Assembly (NCBI GenBank): GCA_040182905.1
Contig: JARQWU010000036.1
Location: 1 to 58,060, forward strand
From: Barthelona sp. PAP020
Taxonomy: Eukaryota
Length of the DNA stretch: 58,060 nt
Direction of reading: 5' to 3'
Shown here: one piece after another, positions 12,301-23,428 of the stretch
Layout of the letters: each line of letters starts with the position of its first letter
How positions within the stretch are numbered: position 1 is the stretch's first letter
Notes under the pieces: generated by a model
The model's database searches: none
What the model saw: the letters and a program-made list of their open reading frames with translations, nothing else
Told to the model about the DNA's origin: nothing
Translations under genes and position numbers: made by a program

Positions 12301-15300
12301 CAAAATGTTTTGTAAATTCAACATACTCACCTTCTTTAGAATTCATACCAAAAGCTAAATGGTCATTATTCTCATCAAATTTCAATGTCTTAATTCCTTC
12401 AAATACTTTAGATAAATGATTTTGTAAATTCAAAGGATTTCTAGATTTGGATAATATGTCCAATAAATCATTTACTGAAATAAAATAGAATCTGGGGAAT
12501 ACCTTTCTTTTCATTTCAAGGTATTTGTTCAAAGCTTTTTGACATATCGACAATTCTTCACTTAAACTGCTTAACATTTCTTCTAAACCTTTTCTGTTAC
12601 AGTTCTTTAGAATGTTCGAATGATCAACAGCTTTTTTCAAAAAGTCTTTGAATTGAGTATCAATTTTATCAAACCTAGCCGAATCATCAGGTAATTGTTC
12701 TCTGATGTCTTCAGAATCTTGGAAAATATCAACCAAATATTTCCAAGTTTTTTGTACTTCCAACCATAATTGAATAACACTATCAGTTGTTCTCAATTTA
12801 ACATGCCATTCTTTAATATCTCCTAAGAAATGTGCTGAATATTTGGATGCCAACATATTTTGAACACCAACTTGATCTCCTTCCAATTGTTCAACAAATT
12901 CATCATCAACAGTGATCAAATACAATTTAGCAGGATCTAACGGTTTTTCTTGATATTTTTTTCTATTCATAGCAATTTCCTGCATAATATTGAATTCTTC
13001 TTCAGTATCCTTGGTGTAAGGAATGAATGTCAGATTCATTTCTCCCCAAATTGTGGACATAGTTTCTAGTTGATTTTCCATTTGTTGTTCTTTTTTAGAT
13101 TTAACAACAATATCCTCAACTTCTTCAGAATATTTATTCAAGTTTAAATTTAACATGTCTCTTAAAGTGAACTTGTCAGAAATTGAAAAGCTTACCCCTG
13201 TAACTTGAACCAATTGTTTCCAATGTCTTTGTCTCATTGAATCTTGTTTCAAATCACTGATCAAAGGTAAAGAAGCACTGAAATTTTTGATATCTTGATC
13301 TAACCCTTGATAAACGCTCCATTGTCTGCAATCTTTTGGCAAAGTTCTCAAAGTCTTCAAAAAGTTTTTAATTTGAGTTTCAATTTGATCAGTATTGACT
13401 GTTTTCCAACTACTTAACGTCCAAGATTGCAATTCAGAATTGATGGCAAAATTCAAATCCCAAATGCGTTTCAATTGATGAAGATTGGATTTGAACAATT
13501 CAATTCTTCTAAAGTCTAATTTTTGCAGATCAAAGATACTCTGTTTTTCTTTTAATTCTATTGCTTCGGCTTCAAGATCTTTCAATTTATTTCTGAATTC
13601 ATTCAACAATATATAACATTCAAATGGATCTTTCAATAAATCTTGCAACAAACTATCATTCTTAGCTTCTTCTTCATCATACTTACGATCATTCTTTAAT
13701 AAATTGTATTTATACTTTTCAATATGTCTTTCATTACGTTCAGGCACCAAAAATGGATCATAATATTCAACAGGACCTCTAGTTTTAAATTGTTCATTCA
13801 ATTCACTGAATCTCTTGTTAAAATCAACTTCCCATTCCTTCACTTGTAGAATTTCAACTTTCTTACTATCCAATAACTTTTCATCAATCAAAACAGATTC
13901 ATTTGATAACTTTTTCCAATCAGATTGTAAATTTGAAACTTTTTGAACAAAATTTTCATCATTATCCGTCAAAAGTTCGTATTTTCTCAATAACAATGTC
14001 AAATTATTCAAAGGAATAAACAATGATTCATATTTTGGTGATAATCTGTCGATATCTTTGACAGTAATAATCAAAGAAATCAATTTCTTATAACTCTCAG
14101 CTTCACTTAATACAGGTAATTTATCTGCTTTTTCCTTTTCTAAAGCTTGTAATTGTGTTTCTTTCATATCAATAGGTAAATTATCAACAGCTTTAATTCT
14201 TTGTTCGAATTCTTGTTCCAATTGATAATTTTTATTAAATTCCTTGAACTTATGATCAGAATTTTCAATAAATAATGTAATTTCTTGTAAATTCGCAATT
14301 AAATGTTGATGTAAATAAGATAAGATCGATTTTTTCCAATGATCCATTAAATTCTTGATGGATGATTTCATAGGCATTAAATCAATAATAATCCATTTAA
14401 TCTTATCAGTGTTGGGAATATTTCCAGCAGAATTTTCAAAAGATTTTAATTGTAACAACAAACTGTCAAATATTTTCAAATCAATTGCAGCAAAACCACT
14501 CTTTATATCACTATTTTCTTCAACTTCCTCAGGTTCTTTCAAATTTATCATAGACATACTCATTGACATTGATGTTTTAGATAAACTTCCACTCATACCA
14601 GTTCCTAATTTTCCTCCAGTACTTTCTCTGTACAAATTCATAAATGTTTCAATATGTTCATTATTGCTAAAGGAAAAATTATTCATAGGATGTTCCATAA
14701 ATAAATCTAACCATGATTCAGGATCAATGGAAAAGAAAAATTGATATTTCTTGAAAGTATCCTTATAATTCTTTAAGCTCATTGTAGAAGTATCAATAAC
14801 CTCCAAAATCTTACATGATAATTCCTTAATAAAAGAATTAGAAGTAAATATTTGTTCATTCATCTCATAATAGGTTACATTCTTATCGTGTAAAGTATTA
14901 ATCTTGACGGTTAATTTCAATATTGTATCGATTAAACCTTTAAAGAAATTTTTCATTGAATATTTATCATTCGATTGAATGGAAGGATAGAAATCCAAAT
15001 TCATTTCTTGATTTAAATCCATCTCTGAAATAAAGATACCTCTCTTGCTGTGAGTAAATCCGTAAACAACTGCTAGAGTGTTCAGAACAATATCAATCAA
15101 GTATTCACTTATTAAAGTATCATAGAAACAGATATAGTCATTCCAAAGATCTTTATCTTCTTGTTTTAAATCTTTTAATTCGTCAAAAGTCTTGGATAAC
15201 GTGTGACTTCTCACCTTTAAGAAAATTTCTAAATTTCCTTCCAAATATGATGTCAATTGTTTTAAATCAGTTAAACACATGCGACTAAACTTTTCAGATA

Positions 15301-17997
15301 TTTGATTAAAGAAATTATCGATCTTATGATTAGTGTTTAATCTCATCTTCTTACGATTAATCTCTTCAACATCAATAGGAGAGGATTTGATCCAATTTTC
15401 AAAGAAATTCCTCATTTTATCTTGGTTGGCATTAAAATTTAACAGACTAGAATTCAATAAATCTAAATCACTCTTAATATTGTTGATAAATGAATCAACT
15501 TGATCAAAATTAGAAGGATCCCAGGTTAATGTTTCAACACCTTTCTTCAATTCAGCTTCAATCTTCTCCAATAAATCTTTAAATAAGGGTTCAGTCCAAA
15601 ATGTAATTTTTTTCAAAACTCCGTTGTATATTTGAGAAATTTCGGTTAAACTAATTAAAACATTTCTGTATTCATTGGTTTGTTTAAATAATTCCAAAGC
15701 ATGCTCGGGAATTTCAAATTTTCCTTTCAAATCACTTTCAAAAGTGTTAAAATAATGTAGTTCTTTCAATAAAAAGATTAATTCCTTATCAAAATTAACA
15801 TCAACCAGCCTAATTTTTTTTCTTTCATTTTGATCAGTCAATTCATCAACCTCTTTTCTTAATTCTTTTGTTTTTTTCATTAATTTTTCTTCTTTCGAAA
15901 TTAAATCATCTAAACACACTTCTTCATCGGAAAATTTCAATAAATTATCTTTCAACTTGATAAATGCAACAGTATCAATAGATTGACTCCAATTGACAAA
16001 TGCATTCATTTCAAATTCATCAAATTCCTTTAAGAAACTTGTATATTGCTTTAACAAACGATCTCCAAGATGACAATTGAATAATACGTTGTAATCATCA
16101 TTTAATGGTGCATTTTCTTCGTTTAATCCCGTCAAAAAACGTTCTTTAATATGGTTCAACTTTAAATTGTTCAATAAGTTGAAACTTAACGTTAACTTTT
16201 GTCTTAAATTATAGGCCCATGAAATTTGACCTGAAGTTTGAGGCATAGCACTAGCAATTGGAGGATCTTCCTTTTGAGTTGTAAAAATTTCTTCAATTGC
16301 ATTTAATTCTTGCTCGAATAATTCCAATAATCTGCTGTACAATTTTAAAAAAATCTCAAAAATCTCATCCCAGACAAATAAACTGCTAAAAACAGTAACT
16401 AACTTACACAATTCTGCCAAAGATGAATACGATTCAAAGGTTTTTAAAAAGATAGTAGATAATTGAGCCACCATTTGATCAATAGATTTTTTAAATTTGA
16501 CGTATAAGCTCTTGAATAATACATAATTTTGATCAAAATAATCTTCTTGCAATGCTTGAAATTGTGTCTTAAAACCATTAAATTCTTCTAACAAATTATC
16601 CAAACGTTTACTTAAGACTGCACCATGTTGACCAGCAATCTCTAACTTTTCTAATACAACAAAATTCTTAAAGGTATCAATAACAAATAATATCTCTTCT
16701 AATTTGTCTCCAAAAACGTCAACCTTTTCCAACAATTCTGTATCTTCAAAATTCCACATTTCCATTGGATATTGATCTTGATTAAGCAACAAATCCTTTA
16801 AATATCGGGTCACATTTGATAAATTATTGATAACTTCATATACATCATTACTATCACTGGTGAAAACGTGGGAATTTATCAACATCATCTTTAGTTTCTT
16901 CAAAACTGCATCAAATATATAGGTTAGTAATCTAAACAAATGAGAATAGCTGTGTTTTAAATATTCACACTTGCTAAAGACAATCTTTAATGCAAGTACA
17001 ATCCTTAACAATAGCCTTTTCATTTCAACAACTTCCAAATTATCAAAATTCTCCAAAGACTCAAAATCAGGCTTCAAAACATTCAAATATTTGGCAATTT
17101 CAGAAAACTTGGCATAGTATTCATTGGAGGTAGCAGCAATATTCTCAATAACCACGGCATATGTATTGTTGGTTTTATTTAACAACTCACAAACTTTTAC
17201 AATTTCATCCGAACTCAATTGTTTTCTGATACTTGTAATATTTTCAACCTTTTTATTCCAAAAATTCAATTCAGCCAAAGGTCCAATCACTTTTGCTTCT
17301 TCAGAAATAGAATATACATTTTCCTGAGCAAAATTATCAAAGATTTCAGACCAAGAAGTAATTTCTCTCTCTAAATGATAGGTAAAATTGGACTCTCCAC
17401 TTTCATTATTAAAATTTTGTGAACTGATATAGGTTTCATACTTTTCTAATTCTTCCATCGTAGGTAAAGTCAAAACAACTTTACCATGATAATCACCTTG
17501 AATGGTTTGAAACTGTGACTTAAAAGTGCTAAAATGTGTTTGTAAATCTTTAACAAGAACTTGAGGCCAATCTGTGAATTGAATGGGATCTTCTAAATAA
17601 GAACCAACTAATTGTTCCAATGTGACACCTAATTGTTGCAAATGATCAGGTAAAATATCATTAAAAATCAATTGATCCTCAAAAGTTTCATCAATAGATT
17701 TCACTTTTGTATGTTTAATAACTGCAACACATTTAACTTGAATTTTCTCAGGATAGTTCAAATGTACAAGAATTTCATCCCTTGAAATTTGATTAAATAC
17801 AACATATCTGACATCTGCTTCTTCTAAAAACATGAGTATACATTTCCTAAGACATTAGCTTTGAAAATAAAAGCAATTTAATACGCATTTTTCTCAAGTG
17901 CAAAACATTTTCCAATAGCTTCTTTTGAAACTCGAAAACTTGATTGCACTTGATCCTTAATAAATGATAACCGGGGATCTTGGCTTTCAGTAGCCAT
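3317..17997 (-). CDS. Axonemal outer-arm dynein beta heavy chain (DNAH9/11/17, ODA4-type), ~4880 aa, 2 exons (17997-17885, 17846-3317)
   Basis: P-loops GPAGTGKT, GPAGAGKT, GDAGTGKT and GIGGSGKQ; CFDEFNR; stalk coiled coil; beta-type C-terminus YECPVYYTKQRGPTFVWNFNL...KWILAGVAL. Upstream exon MATESQDPRLSFIKDQV... joins the ORF in frame via a 38-nt GT-AG intron. Confidence 0.95.
17847..17884 (-). other. Spliceosomal intron, 38 nt (dynein HC)
   Basis: GTATTA...GCTAATGTCTTAG. Removal gives ...KNAKCILMFLEE in frame. Confidence 0.85.
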
Positions 17998-18458
17998 ATT
18001 TCCAAACAAAAAAGTTTTAAATTATTGTTTTTCAAAACTAAGAATTTGTTTTCTTTTTATCCATCTCTTTTATTTTGTTGTATACATTCGCATTCTTCAA
18101 ATTAAAGAGGGACAGGAATCCTATTAAAATTCATTTTCTCTTTTTTTTTAAAATTCAAAGTTTCACTTCAAAAAGTGGAGAAACATATTTATTTAAAAAG
18201 CTTATGCATTCAAAATTAATAATTTAAAAAAAAAAAGTTCAATATCACTTGTGTATTTGTGAAAAGGTATTTCTTTGCAAAATTTATGTATTTTTCCCAT
18301 AAATTGTTTTAAATTTCAACACAAAACGTGAAAAAGTGAAAATTTTGCCAGAGTTTTCTTTTTTTCTGATTATGTTATTGCCCTTAATTTTGTGTAAATT
18401 TCTGTGATCCCAATTTTAAAGTTATATTCGTCATTTGAACACATCACTTTTTTTTTAT

Positions 18459-19397
18459 ATGACCAAACTCCTTCGATCTTTAATAATTTGGAGTGCTGTA
18501 GTAGTTTCAATATTGATTATATATTTTTCTTTTCTTTATGACTATCCTCTAAATTCGAAAAAAGTTTCCAATTTATTAAAAGTTGAAGTCAATGCAGAAA
18601 TTGGTAATTATTCTGCAATCATTGAAGAAATTCACGGTGCAAAGATCATTTTTAATCAATTTTCCTTTGAAGTTATTGACAGTTTTGATTATCCATTAAT
18701 TTATGCTCAACCGAATTTAACTGTACATATTTACATATATTCTGATTCGTTTGATGAAAAATTTTGCTCGTTTACAAATACTCTTTTTGGTTTTGAATGT
18801 TTGGTTCTTAAACCCAACTTATTATCCTCAAATTTGTTTAAAGAAGATATCATGTCGGTTGAGAATTCTTTTGCTAAACTGGTTCCATCTTTTTCAAATG
18901 ATATTTACAGTTTTCCGTTCATAATTACTGTCAATGATTCTTTTGACTTGAGAAGAATCAGATTTCCAGGAAAAGGAATGTATTTGAACATTAATTCGGA
19001 ACATTTTGATGGTTTTTCTGATCTAATTGTTTCTTCTATCAATGATTTTCTAAAATTACCAGCAGACATTGAATTGACCAAAGAATTATTAAAAGGAAGA
19101 TTATATGTTCATGTGATGTCCAAATTATGTCAATTTATTGACAGTATAGAAATCAGCAAAAGTGTGTTTTTATCCAAATCAAAAATCAAAGAAATGCAAA
19201 ATATCTTAATTAAAGAATATAAACAAATTAATGTAGATGAATTATTTAGATGTATTGACCTCCTCCAATATACTCCTGAAATGTATGAATTTTTTTCGCA
19301 TCATTTTGTTCATTTTTGGGTTATTTTCTTTCCTTTATTGTTGTTACCATTTACTGTTTACAAAACTACTCATTCCAAAGCAATCAAAACAAATTAA
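18459..19397 (+). CDS. Membrane protein with N- and C-terminal TM helices; possible divergent GPI transamidase subunit PIG-S
   Basis: ATG 18459 (MTKLLRSLIIWSAVVVSILIIYF). C-terminal PEMYEFFSHHFVHFWVIFFPLLLLP resembles the PIG-S PSLLxxLYFPxxxKxAIYxPLFLP region, and the two-TM topology fits. The gene itself is well supported; the family call is tentative. Confidence 0.45.
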   Translation: MTKLLRSLIIWSAVVVSILIIYFSFLYDYPLNSKKVSNLLKVEVNAEIGNYSAIIEEIHGAKIIFNQFSFEVIDSFDYPLIYAQPNLTVHIYIYSDSFDEKFCSFTNTLFGFECLVLKPNLLSSNLFKEDIMSVENSFAKLVPSFSNDIYSFPFIITVNDSFDLRRIRFPGKGMYLNINSEHFDGFSDLIVSSINDFLKLPADIELTKELLKGRLYVHVMSKLCQFIDSIEISKSVFLSKSKIKEMQNILIKEYKQINVDELFRCIDLLQYTPEMYEFFSHHFVHFWVIFFPLLLLPFTVYKTTHSKAIKTN

Positions 19398-19455
19398 TAA
19401 ATTTGTGATTTTCTTTTTTTTTTTCATTTCAAATCGTTATTTTTGCAATGTAATA

Positions 19456-22400
19456 ATGAATCAAATACGAGTGAATGTTCGAAATCAAGAATATGTGATC
19501 AATTTAAAAGATTCATTGGGAAGTGGTGCTTTTGGAGAAGTCTTCAAAGCTACCTGTACTTCAACTGGTGCTCAATATGCTTGCAAACGATTACCATTAG
19601 CAGGAATAACTGAAGAAGATGCCCAAACAATCATGCATGAAATTGAATTATTACAAAAACTTAAAAATAAATACATTGTAAAGTATCATGAATTTGCCAG
19701 GGATAATGCTGCAATTTATATATTTATGGAATATGTTGAAGGTGGAAGCTTATCAAGCATTCATAAAAACATTGGTAATATGTCACCAACATTGCTTTCA
19801 AGATATTCATTTCAAATTTTGAAGGGTTTAGATTATTTGCATCAGCAAGGTGTTGTACATAGAGATATTAAACCAGCAAACATTTTGACAGACAAGGAAG
19901 GCAATATAAAACTTTCAGATTTTGGTGTTGCCACTTTTACTGAATCACATTCCGCTGATTTTGCTGGAACGCCTTTCTATATGTCACCTGAATTGATTGA
20001 AATGACAGGAGCTGTTCCGGCTTCTGATATTTGGGCATTTGGGATTACTATTATTGAATTATTCTGTGGGGCAACACCTTATGGACATATGAATCAATTT
20101 GCGGCCATGTATCATATTGCTCAGGATCCTTCAGTTCCATTGCCAGTTATGCCTTCAGATTTAAAAGATTTTGTGAATAATTGTCTAAAAAGAGAACCTG
20201 GGGATAGAATGAGCGCAAAAACATTGTTAAAACAAAAATTTGTTGGTGATTATGCAAATGAAGAAAAAGATGTTGTGATACCGATCGAAACTTTGATGAG
20301 GTTCACTAATTCTGGAGTTTCTCAACATTTTACAATTCCTATATTGATTACTCCTGAGCATGTAAATCTAAATGAATTGCAGAAGGAAGATTCAACTCGA
20401 TTGGAATTTGAAGATGCTGTGGAAGATGATTGGGGTGATACTGTATTACCTGAAGTTGGAACTGTTGGAAACCACAAAAGTGAGTCGTTTAATTTTGCTG
20501 AATTTGTTGAAGAGGAGGATGATTTTGGTGACATTGTATTAGACATTGTTGACAGCACATTAGATGAGAATTTAAGCTCAAATGAATCTGGATTTAGTGA
20601 TTTAGAAATAGATATTGATATCCCACAAACGTTAAATCAAAAGCCAAAGTTGAAGCTTTCAAAAGAAGATAAAAGCTTTAAAAAGCCTCCTCTAAACATT
20701 GTTCATAAGAGAAATCAATTGGGTTCAGTTGATATGCAACGTGTTACTAGTGTTAATGATGAATTTAATGTTGATATTGATCCGATCAAAGAAGTTGATA
20801 GTTTTCCCAACAATTTTAATGATTTTGATGATTTTGATGATTTTGATGAGTTTAATTCATTGGAAGTTGATCCATCAATCGCTGCTTCATTTGCTATTGA
20901 TAACAAATCAAATATTCCGTCAAAACCAAAAAATAGACATCAAAGACACATATCTTTCTCCACAATACAAAACATGAACAATGAAGTTTCTTCTGAAGCT
21001 TTGAACAGACTAATTACTCATGTTGATGAAGATAATGAAATGTTGGATGATATTGGAAACATGGATATTATGGTTTTAGAAAGAAGATTACAACAAAAAA
21101 ATGTTGCAGAATGGGAAGATGATATCAGTTTGTGGGATGATATACAGAAGGATTCAGACTTTAATATCAATGATTCAAATTCTGATAAATTACTTCAGTT
21201 ATGTACTATTTTAAAGCATACTAATCAAAAAGCAATGTTAGTTCAACAAATTATGGAGTTGATTGTAAAAGATCCCAGATTAATTCCTCAATTTTTTGCA
21301 TCTTCTGTTCATGTGCAATTTTTGAATTTTCTTCAAATTGAAAAGGATGATGATCTGTTGGTTCATTCTATTTTGAGAGCATTTCATTATTTACTACACA
21401 AGGCGTCTGCTAGACATCATAACAGAATATTTGTGTTGGGTTTTGGCAAGTTGCTTTTGGATTTATTGAATAGACGTAAGAATGATACTGAGACCATTTG
21501 GCTTGTAACCAATATTCTTCTGCAGATCAGCACGAACAGTAATTCCAATGTATGTGTGGATTTATTACTATCTGCGACTGGATTTGCTTTGTTCGATATT
21601 TTGCTTGCAAACGATCTAATTATATTTAAGTTTATGGCAGTTGAATCACTGAGCACTATTTTATTGTTAGAAACAGAGCAAAATACTCTAAGAAGGGAAA
21701 TTTGTTCGTTGGGAAACCAACACAAATCAATGCTTGCATTATTGGCGAGATCTTTGGAAGAATTCATTCATTTAAAAAAGAACCCTTCAATAGAAATCAA
21801 ATTTCCCACAGAAATTCACATCAACGACCGTAAGTCGTATTTTACGTATTTAGAAAAAATGAAAAACAATTTAGATAAACAGATAGACCATGTTTGTAAA
21901 ATGTTATGTCATTTCTTTACAGTTATGGATGATACAAAACAATTTAATGATGCTATTATCATTTGTTGTAAGATTTTTGATGATCTGACCTTCAATCAAC
22001 AAATCCATATCTTAGAGAGCTTTAAAATATTGAGTTTATTACCACCAGCTTCATTAAATCAAGATGTTGAAGTTAATTTTGTATTACCAAAATTAATTCC
22101 TCTCATTTCTGTCAATAACATGCGTATTCAATCATTAGCAATTAACACAATAATGAATTTCACACGATTCAACAGAGATAAGGTTAAAAGCACTGTAAAG
22201 GTAGGAATCGTTCCCAAATTGACAAAGCTTATTCAAACACCTTTGTCTGATTTTGCAATTCCCTTGATACTATTATTACCAAACTCTATTGCTTCTGAAC
22301 CTGAGTTGTTTGATCATTTATGGAAAGTGAATATGCTTAAGATTATCATTAATTTCCTGACTCATCCTTCCTTCATGATTTCAGCTTTGGATGCGTTTGC

Positions 22401-22875
22401 TGTGTGGCTTCAAAATGAAACATTGAAAGTTGAAAATTATGTCAGAAATCCTTCCATCATTTCCAAATTTTCCAAAAACTTGATTGATTTGTTTGAGATA
22501 AATCTCACTGATTATGTCAGATTGAAAAAATATTTGTCAAAACTTTTAAAAAACTTTCATAAAATTGTGTCCAATAGCAATGTGATTGCTGAAATATTGG
22601 CTATATCTTCGCTCCCCAAATTATTAATCAATTTATTAAATAACGAATTTTTTGCCAATAATAGAAGAATTAATTTTAGTGCTCAACCGCAAGAAATCAT
22701 TCAGACACTAAAAATCGTTGGTTGTCTTTACAGTGTTCACAGAAATCCCAAACAAATGTTATATTCTTATGATTTAATGAACACAATTCATAATTTAACA
22801 AATGATCCTTCACAATTGGTGGCAAGTTTGGCTTCAGATTTGGAACAAAGTTTTTCTTGGAATGAAATACTTTGA
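19456..22875 (+). CDS. STE-group Ser/Thr kinase, Cdc15/Cdc7(S. pombe)/SepH/MAP3K-epsilon-like, with acidic linker and C-terminal ARM-like helical region
   Basis: GSGAFGEV, ACK, MEYVEGGSL, HRDIKPANIL, DFG, GTPFYMSPE, SDIWAFG. The long helical C-terminus is typical of this subfamily. Probable start MNQIRV at 19456; the ORF-track extension overlaps the previous gene. Confidence 0.85.
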   Translation: MNQIRVNVRNQEYVINLKDSLGSGAFGEVFKATCTSTGAQYACKRLPLAGITEEDAQTIMHEIELLQKLKNKYIVKYHEFARDNAAIYIFMEYVEGGSLSSIHKNIGNMSPTLLSRYSFQILKGLDYLHQQGVVHRDIKPANILTDKEGNIKLSDFGVATFTESHSADFAGTPFYMSPELIEMTGAVPASDIWAFGITIIELFCGATPYGHMNQFAAMYHIAQDPSVPLPVMPSDLKDFVNNCLKREPGDRMSAKTLLKQKFVGDYANEEKDVVIPIETLMRFTNSGVSQHFTIPILITPEHVNLNELQKEDSTRLEFEDAVEDDWGDTVLPEVGTVGNHKSESFNFAEFVEEEDDFGDIVLDIVDSTLDENLSSNESGFSDLEIDIDIPQTLNQKPKLKLSKEDKSFKKPPLNIVHKRNQLGSVDMQRVTSVNDEFNVDIDPIKEVDSFPNNFNDFDDFDDFDEFNSLEVDPSIAASFAIDNKSNIPSKPKNRHQRHISFSTIQNMNNEVSSEALNRLITHVDEDNEMLDDIGNMDIMVLERRLQQKNVAEWEDDISLWDDIQKDSDFNINDSNSDKLLQLCTILKHTNQKAMLVQQIMELIVKDPRLIPQFFASSVHVQFLNFLQIEKDDDLLVHSILRAFHYLLHKASARHHNRIFVLGFGKLLLDLLNRRKNDTETIWLVTNILLQISTNSNSNVCVDLLLSATGFALFDILLANDLIIFKFMAVESLSTILLLETEQNTLRREICSLGNQHKSMLALLARSLEEFIHLKKNPSIEIKFPTEIHINDRKSYFTYLEKMKNNLDKQIDHVCKMLCHFFTVMDDTKQFNDAIIICCKIFDDLTFNQQIHILESFKILSLLPPASLNQDVEVNFVLPKLIPLISVNNMRIQSLAINTIMNFTRFNRDKVKSTVKVGIVPKLTKLIQTPLSDFAIPLILLLPNSIASEPELFDHLWKVNMLKIIINFLTHPSFMISALDAFAVWLQNETLKVENYVRNPSIISKFSKNLIDLFEINLTDYVRLKKYLSKLLKNFHKIVSNSNVIAEILAISSLPKLLINLLNNEFFANNRRINFSAQPQEIIQTLKIVGCLYSVHRNPKQMLYSYDLMNTIHNLTNDPSQLVASLASDLEQSFSWNEIL

Positions 22876-23428
22876 AACAAATCTTGAAATTTTTGAAATA
22901 AATTCTCATTTTGTAATTAATATTCCTTTTTTTTTTTGTTTTTCTCCCTTTATGATGATACTTTGACAAATTTTTTCAAGTGTTTCAGTTTCAAGAATTT
23001 GGAAGAATTTTGGAAACTTCAATTCTTCTTTCAAAACACTTACTTCTAAATGAAAATAAATCCAGTTCCTAAATTTATCAAATAAATCATTCTTTTTAAA
23101 AAAAAATAAAAACAAAAATGTATCTTTATTACCACATTATGCTATTTTTTCTGAAAATTTAGTGATAATGAAACTCAAATCAATATCATTTATGAATATT
23201 AGAATCCAAAATAATTGAGAAAAATTTTTCATTGCGAAGTGAAAATTCGCAATTGTGAAGCAGTTGATTTTGTCAGAAAAATATTACTCATAAGTTAATT
23301 TTGTGTAACTCCATTATTTCATTATATTGTTTTATATATTTTATTTCTATTTTAATATGAATTGAAGAGTTATTTTAGGTTACTTTTTCACCATTTTTTT
23401 TCCAACTAAATGCCCCCAAATATTTACA

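Noticed and set aside
3909..17327. Many short ORFs nested in the dynein gene (and likewise in other long genes)
   Set aside because: Antisense or alternate-frame by-products of codon bias, with no independent motifs.
19237..19455. 73-aa hydrophobic N-terminal extension of the kinase overlapping the upstream gene
   Set aside because: Probably an incidental open frame through the upstream CDS end and a T-rich spacer; the kinase domain starts just after Met 19456.
20815..20855. 9-bp tandem repeat GATTTTGAT
   Set aside because: Ordinary coding microsatellite (DFDDFDDFDEF) in the kinase acidic linker.
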